From Spirochaetia bacterium (GTDB lineage Bacteria > Spirochaetota > Spirochaetia > SZUA-6 > Bin103), in NCBI GenBank assembly GCA_965198005.1, contig CBDAOI010000004.1:1280001-1344000 (forward strand): 64,000 bases of DNA, given 5' to 3'. The notes under the pieces are model-generated. The model did not search any database. It was not told where the DNA came from and saw nothing but the letters and a program-made list of their open reading frames with translations. Positions within the stretch are counted from its first letter, which is position 1. Every line of letters starts with the position of its first letter. Made by a program: the position numbers and the translations under genes. This document shows positions 41,763-51,163 of the stretch, piece by piece.

Positions 41763-42767
41763 ATGAGAGCCTATCTCATCAGGCGGCTATTGTTGATCAT
41801 CCCCACCTTGTGGATATTGACCATCATAGTCTTTCTCTCGGTCCGCTTCATCCCTGGCGATATGGTAGACACACTGGCGGCTCAGATTATGGCGCAGGGT
41901 ACGGGTGACTATATAGACCGTGAAGCTATGGAGCGTATGCTGGGATTAGACGTGCCTGTCTACGTGCAGTATGGACGCTGGATAGGAGTGTTGCCGACCC
42001 CTGACTGGGCTACCGGTGAGTCCCACGTTAGAGGTCTCCTCCAGGGCACCCTTGGCGAATCACTGTGGGGCGGTTGGCCGGCAGAGAAGAGTCTAATAAG
42101 TAGATTGCCAGTAACCATTGAGCTTGGTGTTCTGTCAATCGTAATCGGGCTCGTCATCGCCCTGCCCGTCGGCATCTACTCGGCGGTTCGCCAGGATACC
42201 GCCGCCGACTACCTGGGGCGCACCATCGCCATCATCGGCCTGGCCACGCCCAACTTCTGGCTGGCCTTGATGGTCCTGCTCTACCCGGTATTGTGGTGGG
42301 GCTGGGCACCGCCGCTGGAATGGGTTCCTTTCACCGAGGACCCGCTGGGGAATCTCGAGATGTTCCTCATTCCCAGCTTGATTCTGGGGACGGCCATGGC
42401 CGCTGCCACCATGCGGATGTCACGCACCATGATGCTCGAGGTGCTCCGGCAGGACTATATCCGAACGGCCTGGTCCAAGGGACTCAAGGAGCGGGTCGTG
42501 GTGATCCGGCACGCCATCAAGAATGCCCTCATCCCGGTAGTTACGCTCGTAGGCCTGCAGCTCCCCCTCCTGGTAGGTGGCTCCGTTATCATGGAGGAAA
42601 TATTTAACCTGCCGGGGATAGGTCGTATGTTTCTGGATGCCCTCGATCGAAGAGACTACCCGGTGGTCCAAGGTGTAAACCTGTTTTTATCCGCGTTCGT
42701 TATGTTTAACATTCTACTTATCGACATGATTTATCCTTATTTAGACCCCAGGGTCCGCTACAGATAA
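41763..42767 (+). CDS. OppB/DppB-like ABC permease with VLPTPDW insertion
   Basis: Full motif set. Confidence 0.95.
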   Translation: MRAYLIRRLLLIIPTLWILTIIVFLSVRFIPGDMVDTLAAQIMAQGTGDYIDREAMERMLGLDVPVYVQYGRWIGVLPTPDWATGESHVRGLLQGTLGESLWGGWPAEKSLISRLPVTIELGVLSIVIGLVIALPVGIYSAVRQDTAADYLGRTIAIIGLATPNFWLALMVLLYPVLWWGWAPPLEWVPFTEDPLGNLEMFLIPSLILGTAMAAATMRMSRTMMLEVLRQDYIRTAWSKGLKERVVVIRHAIKNALIPVVTLVGLQLPLLVGGSVIMEEIFNLPGIGRMFLDALDRRDYPVVQGVNLFLSAFVMFNILLIDMIYPYLDPRVRYR

Positions 42768-43709
42768 ATGGGGAACACGAGTGACGCTATAGGGGTACCA
42801 TCAGTAGTGATTGCAGCGAAGAGACGTTCCCGGCTGGCTGATTTCTTTACCAGACTGGTGAAGGATAAGCCACTGGGTACTACCTGCGGGATTGTCATAT
42901 TGATATTGATTTTTGTCAGTATCTTTGGCGGTGTTTTGGCCCCTTATCCCTATAAGGAAATACACATGGTAGACAGGCTGCAGGGCCCATCAGCCCAGTA
43001 TCTTCTGGGTACCGACCAGTTGGGGCGAGATTTATTCAGCCGCCTTATCTTCGGGGCTCGTATTTCGTTACTTGTCGGTCTGGCAGTGACCGTGCTCAAT
43101 GTGGTCATCGCTGTCCTGATCGGCGGCACTTCCGGATTCTTTGGGGGTAAATTGGACTTGGCGGTGCAGCGCTTTGTTGATGCCTGGATCGCCTTTCCGG
43201 GACTGCTGCTCTTGCTCACCATCCTGTCCATTGTGGGAGAGGGTCTCCTCCAGATCATCGTGATCCTGGGGATCGCCGGAGGCATCAGCGGCTCGAGAGT
43301 CATGAGAAGCGCCGTGATCGGTATCAAGGAGAATGACTTTTTTCTGGCGGCTCAGGCCGTGGGCACCCCCACGAGCAAAATCCTGAGCCACCATGTCCTG
43401 CCCAACATCATGGCACCGGCCATCATTGTATTCTCGATCAACATCGGGGGGGTGATTCTGTCCTTGGCTTCTCTGGGCTTCCTCGGCTACGGTCTGCCAC
43501 CCGGCATTCCTGACTGGGGCGGCATGCTCAGCCGGGAAGGGCGTTCCTACATGGAGCAGGCCCCCTGGGTGGCACTCTGGCCAGGGCTGTGCCTGACGAT
43601 TGTGGTGTACAGTTTCAACATGTTCGGAGATGCCGTCAGGGATCTGCTCGATCCGCGACTGCGGGGTGGCGGCGGTCGTCTCGCTGGCAGCGGCGCCACG
43701 TCGGTTTGA
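42768..43709 (+). CDS. OppC/DppC-like ABC permease
   Basis: Full motif set. Confidence 0.95.
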   Translation: MGNTSDAIGVPSVVIAAKRRSRLADFFTRLVKDKPLGTTCGIVILILIFVSIFGGVLAPYPYKEIHMVDRLQGPSAQYLLGTDQLGRDLFSRLIFGARISLLVGLAVTVLNVVIAVLIGGTSGFFGGKLDLAVQRFVDAWIAFPGLLLLLTILSIVGEGLLQIIVILGIAGGISGSRVMRSAVIGIKENDFFLAAQAVGTPTSKILSHHVLPNIMAPAIIVFSINIGGVILSLASLGFLGYGLPPGIPDWGGMLSREGRSYMEQAPWVALWPGLCLTIVVYSFNMFGDAVRDLLDPRLRGGGGRLAGSGATSV

Positions 43710-44474
43710 GAGAGTGCGCGTGCGTTCCGCACCCAGTATCACGCCGGATGCTCGGTGCCCTCCACCCGAGGCACCATCCGTGGCGCCACGGGTGGCATGT
43801 TGCTCCCGGCCCGCGACAGGCACGTCGTGGGCTGGGAGCCCGTCGGCCGCTCCGGAGGCGCGCCCGGAACGCGCCCGACCAGGTCGACGAGCGCCGGACT
43901 GCGGATGGGTGTGACCTAGCCGGTCAGCTCGAAGCAGCGCCAGGGCACCGTAGACCGAGTCGGCGATGTGTACAGGTACCTCATCACACGACTGACGCGT
44001 CGTCCGTTCCTGGGCCCGGTCAGACGCAATGCGCCGCCCGCACAGACACAGGCGTTCCCGCGCCATGGAGGACAAGCGTGCGGCTGCCCTGTGCACAGCG
44101 GCTGTGCTCTGGACAGCTTGGGCGCGTCCGGAGGGAGCTGCATTTCCGGCATCGCGACGCCGAAACTGACTCGACCAGCGCGCCAGGTATTCGCCGGGGC
44201 GACCGTCGGCTAGGCGGCGCGCCCGAGGAAGTGGCCTCGTTGGGAGACTTGGTTTGCAGCCCGATCTGTCAGCTCACCTCTTTCTCGAGCCGTTGGCTGA
44301 TATATTCCAGCACCGCGGCGGCCATCAGACCCGGGCTAGTCTGTATAAGCCCTTATAGACACGATAACTATGAGGCTATCACAGAGATATATCGATCATC
44401 GGAGAGAGCGCCTACTGTTAGAGTTACGCCTATAGATCTGTATATATTCTTGCGCCGGCCCTTAGGAGAACTTA

Positions 44475-44705
44475 ATGACCGAACATGAACGAATCGTTCT
44501 GACGAAAGACCTTCCAGACTACGGACTGCAGGCCGGCGATGTCGGCACGATCGTGCACGTGTATGAAGGTGCGAAGGCCTTCGAGGTCGAGTTTGTGGCA
44601 CTCAGCGGAAAGACGATCGCGGTAGCCACGGTACCGTCTGATCAGACCCGTGCGATACGCGAAGACGAGATTAACCACGCTCGAACTATGACTGCATCTG
44701 GATAA
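44475..44705 (+). CDS. DUF4926-like small protein
   Basis: EHERIVLTKDLPDYGLQAGDVGTIVHVY...FEVEF...GKTIAV; SD AGGAG. Confidence 0.85.
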   Translation: MTEHERIVLTKDLPDYGLQAGDVGTIVHVYEGAKAFEVEFVALSGKTIAVATVPSDQTRAIREDEINHARTMTASG

Positions 44706-44883
44706 TCAGCTCTGTGTCGTTTGCTGACGCCCACCGTGCCAGCACGAGTGTCGTCGGAAAGCCCTCCCTGTGCCCGTTCCCGCCGCAGTATGGCGTGAGG
44801 CTGAAGCGAATGCGGACCGTGAGACGGATTGCCGGCGAGCCGGCGATCTTCACTGGGAAGGTCAAGATGTTGGGTATCTGGCT

Positions 44884-45057
44884 GGTTGACGCGAGTCGCA
44901 GGTCCGTGGTACGGTCGCACCGTAGAGCCATGAGCTGCCAGATTTCTTCGACGCAGGTGGTTGACGCGAGTCGCGGGTCCGTGGTACGGTCGCACAGTAA
45001 AGTCATGCATGGCCCCTGTAGGCCCCCACAACAAGTTAGCGCTTACCCCCCCCCCCC
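44884..45057 (+). repeat. 75-bp repeat (~1.6 units) plus start of leader type A copy 4 (C12), truncated at the IS110
   Basis: Matches 39102-39273. Confidence 0.85.
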
Positions 45058-45320
45058 TGTACCTTTTTAGAGATTAAATAGTTCGCCAGGGACTGCTAGA
45101 ATCCCAGGCGGGCAAGGCAGCCTACCGGGAGCGACCTTGACCCCCCTGCGCCTGGAGCGCCCGGGGGGGACGTGTGCCCCGGTAGGAGTGCCGCGATGGA
45201 TACCCGGTGAGGAGTCGTGCCAGGGAGCGAAGGAGCCAGGAGCACCGGAGCTCGAGAGCACCAGTACAGGGGCGGAACGACATCGTGGCTGCCGAGCTTA
45301 GAAATCTCGGGGGTGAGTAG

Positions 45321-46580
45321 ATGGCAACTGAACAGTGGTTCGTGGGTGTTGATTGGGCGACCGAACAGCATCAGATCTGTGTCCTAGATGGGGACGGCAA
45401 GGTGGTCGCGGAGCGCCAGGTGGCGCATAGCGGAGAGGGCATCGCCGGTCTGTGGGGGTGGTTGGACGAGCTATCCAGCGGGGACCCGACGAGGGTCCAA
45501 GCGGCGATCGAGGTGCCGCATGGACCGGTGGTCGAGATGCTGCTGGAGCACGAGGTGCAGGTGTACGCGATCAATCCGAAGCAGCTGGATCGATTTCGGG
45601 ACCGGTTTTCGGCGTCGGGCGCCAAGGATGACCGGCGCGACGCGCGGGTGTTGGCCGACTCGCTGCGGACCGATGGACGCAGCTTTCGTCAGGTGCAGCC
45701 GCAGTCACCGCAGGTGATCGAGTTGCGGGAGTGGTCGCGGATGGCTGATGAGCTGCAGCAGGAACGCAACGGGCTGAGCAATCGCCTGCGCGAGCAACTG
45801 CGCCGCTACTATCCGCAGATGGTGCAGTTGAGCAAAGGGAACAACGGTAAAGATATCGACGCGTCCTGGTTTCTAGAGCTGTTGGCGAAGGCGCTGACGC
45901 CGGCGCTGGCAGCACGGATCCGGAAAACGTCGGTGGCGGCGATCCTGAAGCGGAACCGCATCCGCCGCCACGATGCTGATAGTGTGCTGGGCATCCTGCG
46001 GCAGCAGCCGCTTGAGGTGGGGAGCGGGACGATAGCGGCGGCTACGGCGCACATCGACAGCCTGATCGCCCGGCTGAAGCTGGTCAAGCAGCAGCTCAAA
46101 CAGGCGCACCGGCGGCTTGATGAGCTGCAGGCCGAGATCCTGGCTGAGGACGGCTCCGGTCTAAAAGAAGAGCAGCGTGACGTGTCCATCCTCCGCTCCA
46201 TGCCCGGGGTCGGTCGGATCGTTCTCGCCACGCTGCTCGCCGAAGCCTCACCGGCTCTGGCTGAGCGCGACTATAGCACACTGCGCATTCTGACCGGGGT
46301 GGCGCCGGTGACCAAGCGGTCGGGGAAGAGCTGCGTGGTGATCATGCGGCGTGCCTGCAACAAGCGGCTGCGCAATGCGATGTATCACTGGGCGCGGGTA
46401 GCGATTCGGCACGATCCGGACAGTCGGGCTCGCTACGACGCGCTGCGAGCCCGCGGTCAGCGTCGTGCGCGGGCCCTGCGCACCGTCGCGGACCGGTTAC
46501 TGTCGGTGGCCTGCGCGATGCTGCGCGACCGGACCCAGTTTGATCCCCAGCACCGGGCAGAGCGACCGCTGACCGCCTGA
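45321..46580 (+). CDS. IS110-family recombinase/transposase
   Basis: VGVDWA, AIE, KDDRRDA (DEDD RuvC-like); SMPGVG and GVAPVTKRSG (Tnp domain). Confidence 0.95.
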   Translation: MATEQWFVGVDWATEQHQICVLDGDGKVVAERQVAHSGEGIAGLWGWLDELSSGDPTRVQAAIEVPHGPVVEMLLEHEVQVYAINPKQLDRFRDRFSASGAKDDRRDARVLADSLRTDGRSFRQVQPQSPQVIELREWSRMADELQQERNGLSNRLREQLRRYYPQMVQLSKGNNGKDIDASWFLELLAKALTPALAARIRKTSVAAILKRNRIRRHDADSVLGILRQQPLEVGSGTIAAATAHIDSLIARLKLVKQQLKQAHRRLDELQAEILAEDGSGLKEEQRDVSILRSMPGVGRIVLATLLAEASPALAERDYSTLRILTGVAPVTKRSGKSCVVIMRRACNKRLRNAMYHWARVAIRHDPDSRARYDALRARGQRRARALRTVADRLLSVACAMLRDRTQFDPQHRAERPLTA

Positions 46581-46612
46581 TCACTGATCGCCTGATCGCC
46601 TGATCGCGGGAA

Positions 46613-48671
46613 GTGCGCCGGGCGGTAGCTGGTCGACGGAGCGCCCTGCTGTGAACGATGTGCGGGGTGAGGCCGCGGCGGCGGCGGAGGTTGGCGGTGG
46701 CGGGAAACGGCGTTCAGGGCCGTTTAGGGTGATCGAGGGGGGTACCCCAGGGTATGAGCGCCAGGCTAACTGGCATATGACAGAGGGTGAAAGTCCCTCG
46801 GAACGAAGGAGCAGCCAATCCACGTTTCTCCGCGAGCCGTGCGTTGGCACCTGCGAGGGTGCAGGCGAAGCGTCGGCAGCGGTGCGTGCGGGCAGAGTTA
46901 TGGAGCGCCGCAAAATACGACATCTGGAGTGCCGAGACTCTGTACTCGGTCGAAGGCAACACCGGTCGAGCCAGTATGGTGAGGATCGACCGGGCTCCAC
47001 GGCGTCGAAGAACTCAGGCACGTGCGTACGTCATATACCGGGACCTGGGAGGTCTTCGGGTCGTCCCGGCGAGTCGTCGCCGGGACCGCGGAGGGAAGGC
47101 GTGAGGCTGGACCAAAGATGAACGACCCGAAGGAGTCGGACATGGGCATAGTAGCGGCGAAGCCGGCGAACAAGGGAGCGCAAGCGACTGCGGAGACGGT
47201 GGAGCGAAGGCCCATGACCAACGGGAATTCGCAAGGTCAAAGCACGGGCCGGACGCAGAGTCGGGCAACCGTGACACAGGCGGCCGAGCGGATACGGCAA
47301 TTCGTAAAGAGAGAACCGCAGGAGAAACTCACTGCGCTGCTGCACCACGTGACGCCGGAAGCGCTGCGGGTGGCCTATTACGCGCTGAAGCGTGAAGCGG
47401 CCCCGGGGGTGGACGGGATGACGTGGCGGGAGTACGAGACGGGGTTGGAAGTGCGTTTGCACGACCTGCACCGGCGAGTACACACAGGAGCGTACCGAGC
47501 GACCCCGGTACGGCGGGTCAACATCGACAAGCCGGACGGAGGCACACGACCGCTGGGGGTGGCCGCGCTGGAGGACAAGATCGTCCAGAAGGCCGTGGTG
47601 GATGTGATCCTGACACCGATCTATGAGGAGGAATTTCTCGGGATCAGCTATGGGTTTCGACCGGGGCGCGGGGCACACGATGCGTTGGACGCACTGGCCT
47701 ACGCCATCGAACGGCGCGAAGTGAACTGGATATTGGACGCGGACATTCGCGCCTACTTCGACACGATCTCGCGGGACTGGTTGATCAGATTCCTGGAGCA
47801 TCGGATTGGAGATCGGCGGGTGCTGCGGCTGATAAAGAAGTGGCTGCGCGCTGGGGTACTGGAAGAAGGCCGACAGATCGACGCGGGGCGGGGTACAGCG
47901 CAAGGGTCGGTGATTTCACCGATGCTCGCGAATATATACTTGCACTACGTGTTGGACCTGTGGGTCACCAAGAAGTGGCGGCCGCAGGAGGCGCGCGGAG
48001 ACATGATCATAGTGCGCTACGCAGATGACTATGTCGCCGGGTTCGAGCATCGTGACGATGCGGAACGCTTCCTGCGGGAACTGAAGGAGCGATTCAGAGG
48101 CTTCGAGCTGGAACTGAACGCCGACAAGACCCGACTCCTCGAGTTTGGACGGTATGCCGAAAGGAACCGCCTGGCGCGCGGAGAAGGGCGACCGGAGACG
48201 TTCGACTTTCTGGGTTTCACGCATTATTGCAGGAAGGACAGGAAAGGACGCTTCGGGCTGGGGCGGAAGCCAATTCGGAAGCGGATGAATCGTACGCTGA
48301 AGAGGATCAAGATCGAACTCCGCAGACGCATGCATGATGACGTGATGGAAACCGGGCGCTGGCTGGGACGGGTACTGCGCGGATGGCTCAACTACTACGC
48401 GGTACCCACCAGCTACCGCTACCTGCACCGATTCGTGTGGCGTCTGCGAGGAATCTGGGTAAAGATTCTACGCCGGAGGTCCCAGAAGGACCGATTCTCC
48501 TGGGCTTGGATGCTGGCGATCAGCATCAAGCTGTGGCCCCAACCCCGAATCGTACACTCATGGCCGGACCGGCGATTTGCCGTCAACCACCGAAGGTAGG
48601 AGCCGGATGGTTTAACGACCACGTCCGGATCTGTGCGGGGGGCGCCGGGTAACCGGCGTTCCTACCGCGCC
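46613..48671 (+). mobile_element. Group II intron
   Basis: 5' GTGCG at 46613; domain V GAGCCGGATG...CACGTCCGGATC at ~48600; domain VI ending CCTACCGCGC; RT ORF inside. Confidence 0.9.
47118..48599 (+). CDS. ltrA: Group II intron reverse transcriptase/maturase, no endonuclease domain
   Basis: APGVDG, RPLG, SYGFRPGR, LDADI, QGSVISP, RYADD, FDFLGF, GWLNYY. Confidence 0.95.
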   Translation: MNDPKESDMGIVAAKPANKGAQATAETVERRPMTNGNSQGQSTGRTQSRATVTQAAERIRQFVKREPQEKLTALLHHVTPEALRVAYYALKREAAPGVDGMTWREYETGLEVRLHDLHRRVHTGAYRATPVRRVNIDKPDGGTRPLGVAALEDKIVQKAVVDVILTPIYEEEFLGISYGFRPGRGAHDALDALAYAIERREVNWILDADIRAYFDTISRDWLIRFLEHRIGDRRVLRLIKKWLRAGVLEEGRQIDAGRGTAQGSVISPMLANIYLHYVLDLWVTKKWRPQEARGDMIIVRYADDYVAGFEHRDDAERFLRELKERFRGFELELNADKTRLLEFGRYAERNRLARGEGRPETFDFLGFTHYCRKDRKGRFGLGRKPIRKRMNRTLKRIKIELRRRMHDDVMETGRWLGRVLRGWLNYYAVPTSYRYLHRFVWRLRGIWVKILRRRSQKDRFSWAWMLAISIKLWPQPRIVHSWPDRRFAVNHRR

Positions 48672-48931
48672 CCCCCGCAGGCCTGGAGGGCCTCAGGGGG
48701 CCGCTATGAGGCCGACTTGGACGGCGAACGGCCTGCGGACGGCCAAACCGCGGCGAATGACGGCTCTGGAGAGGGCGATACGCCTGGATCGGCGCCGGGG
48801 CCGGCGCTCACGGCCGCCGCGGCTGCCCGAGCGGCGCGAACGCGACCGGCGGCGGTGAGACTGGCTGGGTAAATCCAGGCGGAGCAGCTTGACGGCCGAG
48901 GAGGTCTGCCGTCGCTAGCTGGTCCTGGTGT

Positions 48932-49843
48932 GGCGCCACTTCCATAACATCCCGCGACGTTTTGAGGAGCCTCCAGAATACCAACCCCGACGTCCAGGTG
49001 GGCCCCTGGTTTCTGCGGGGGGGTGGTGCTTTTATCCTGAACATGTACAAGCCGCCTTTTGACGACGTCAGGGTACGCCACGCTATGCAGATGGCACTGG
49101 ACCTCGAGACGATTAACGATACCTACTTTGGCGGTTTCGCAAGGCCTGAACCCATGGGGATGATAGGGTTTGCCTTCCCGGAGTATAACAGCCCATTTGA
49201 AGAGTGGCCCGAGGAGGTCAAGCAATACTGGCGCTATGACCCGGAAGGTGCCGAGAAGCTCCTTGATGAGGCTGGATATCCGCGCGGCGCGGATGGCGTT
49301 CGATTCAAGGTCACCTATGACCACCGCGACGTCTTGGATATTGGCTGGCCAGAGGTCGCAATAAGCTACTGGGCTGCGATCGGCGTTGATGTAACGATCG
49401 ATATAGTTGACACGGCTACGTGGGCCAATCGGAGGGGCCATTCGGCGTTCAGTGATACAGGAGAACTTGTCTATGAGATGTCTACTGGCGACATGGGCTT
49501 TAATCTCGCCGCTTCAAAGTTGATGAGCTGGTATCGCGATGAGAGCCCATTTTCCCGCGATTACATGGGCGGGTATGTCGAGACCGCTGAGATGACCGCC
49601 GCATATGAAGCCTTTTTCGCCGCTACCACCTTTGAGGAGCAGCAGAGGGCATTTAAAGAGTTTGATATGCTCGGGATAAAGCAGCACAATCAGATATGGC
49701 CTCCCATGGCTCCATTTTATCAGGTGGCCCAGCCGTGGGTGAAAGGCTGGAACGGTGAAATGGACGTGCTGGATGCGGGAACAAAGAGCGTCCTCATCCA
49801 CCTTTGGATTGACCAAGATCTAAAGGAAGAAATGGGATTCTGA
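48932..49843 (+). pseudogene. SBP C-terminal half (SBP5); N-terminal ~320 aa missing
   Basis: Begins at GATSITSRDVLRSLQNTNP, which corresponds to mid-protein in SBP1. Confidence 0.88.
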
Positions 49844-50012
49844 GCAAGTCAATCGCCCTTGGGCGAGTGAAACGGGAGTCGCTGCGCGACTCCACGAGCC
49901 GGGACCACGCCTAGCAGCGGGGTCCGCGAGCGTTTTCGCGCTCGTTCTACCTGCAGAGAATGGCGCCGGGAGCCTTGAGCTTCCCGGCGCCCATTTTGTT
50001 TGCCACGAAGAT

Positions 50013-50969
50013 ATGAGAGCCTACATCATCCGGCGGCTGCTGCTGGTCATCCCCACGTTGTTCATTCTGAGCGTGTTGGTGTTCCTGTCGGTCCGCTTCC
50101 TCCCAGGCGACGTCATCGGCATCATGGCCAGCCGTATGTTGTCTGTCGGCGGCGAAGTTGACCGTGAAGCTCTTGAGCGCATGCTGGGATTAGACGTGCC
50201 TGCCTACGTGCAGTATGGACGCTGGATCGGAGATATTTTGCTGCGCGGCACCCTCGGCGAGTCGCTGCTGGGCGGCTGGCGGATCGAGGAGCGCATGCTG
50301 GGACGACTGCCGGTCACTGCCGAGCTCGGGCTGCTGGCCATCCTCATCGGCCTCGTCATGGCCCTGCCGGTTGGCATCTACTCGGCGGTGCGCCAGTACA
50401 CCGCCGCCGACTACGTGGGACGGTCGGTGGCCATCATGGGGTTGGCAACGCCCAACTTCTGGCTGGGAACGATGGTGATGATCTACCCCGCCATCTGGTG
50501 GGCGTGGTCGCCACCGATGGAGTTTTTCTCTCTCTCCGAAGACCCACTGGAGAACCTCGGCATGTTCCTCATTCCCAGCCTGATCCTGGGGACCTACCTG
50601 GCGGCCAGCACCATGCGCATGACGCGTACCATGATGCTGGAGGTGCTGCGCCAGGACTATATTCGCACCGCCTGGGCCAAGGGTCTGCTGGAGCGGTCGG
50701 TGATCCTGCGCCACGCGGTGAAGAACGCGATCATCCCGGTGGTGACGCTGGTGGGCATGCAGCTGCCGATCCTGGTGGGCGGCTCGGTGATCATCGAGAA
50801 CATCTTCAACCTGCCGGGGCTGGGGCGGCTGATGCTGGACGCCCTCAACGACCGCGACTACCCGGTGGTGTCGGCGGTGAACCTGTTCTTCGCCACGGTG
50901 GTGGTGTTCGTCAACCTGCTGACCGATCTGCTGTACGCGTCGCTGGACCCGCGGATTCGCTACGAATGA
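50013..50969 (+). CDS. OppB/DppB-like ABC permease
   Basis: Full motif set. Confidence 0.95.
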   Translation: MRAYIIRRLLLVIPTLFILSVLVFLSVRFLPGDVIGIMASRMLSVGGEVDREALERMLGLDVPAYVQYGRWIGDILLRGTLGESLLGGWRIEERMLGRLPVTAELGLLAILIGLVMALPVGIYSAVRQYTAADYVGRSVAIMGLATPNFWLGTMVMIYPAIWWAWSPPMEFFSLSEDPLENLGMFLIPSLILGTYLAASTMRMTRTMMLEVLRQDYIRTAWAKGLLERSVILRHAVKNAIIPVVTLVGMQLPILVGGSVIIENIFNLPGLGRLMLDALNDRDYPVVSAVNLFFATVVVFVNLLTDLLYASLDPRIRYE

Positions 50970-50977
50970 GAGGGCCG

Positions 50978-51045
50978 ATGGGTGACGTATCCCGGTTGAC
51001 CCCGGCTGTCGCCGAGCCGCATGCGGCCGCGGTTGCGGCTGGGCC
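50978..51045 (+). pseudogene. oppC 5' stub
   Basis: MGDVSRLTPAVAEP matches the stub at 8910. Confidence 0.7.
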
Positions 51046-51163
51046 TGCGGCTGACCCGCCCGCTGGCCCGCTTGACGCCAGTGCGACGCAGGTATAAACT
51101 CACGCCAGCTTGAGAGGGCGGCGCCGGCAACGACCCGGCGCGCTCGGGGCATTGGGGGCATTC

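Larger units (their letters stand above)
45063..48907 (+). mobile_element. IS110-family element, ends inferred, apparently hosting a group II intron
   Basis: Recombinase gene; ~250-nt non-coding left end; TTGACG near a CT at 48906; host homology stops at 45057 and resumes at ~48930. Confidence 0.6.

Noticed and set aside
43720-44470. Coding region after oppC
   Set aside because: Only short ORFs without recognisable motifs; probably gene debris
46577-46607. CTGATCGC x3 repeat as an IS end or TSD
   Set aside because: Not mirrored at the other end, and IS110 elements generally make no such duplication
47118-48599. RT as a diversity-generating retroelement or retron driving SBP variation
   Set aside because: It has group II intron ends and domains V/VI; paralogue differences are not adenine-specific and no template/variable repeat pair was found
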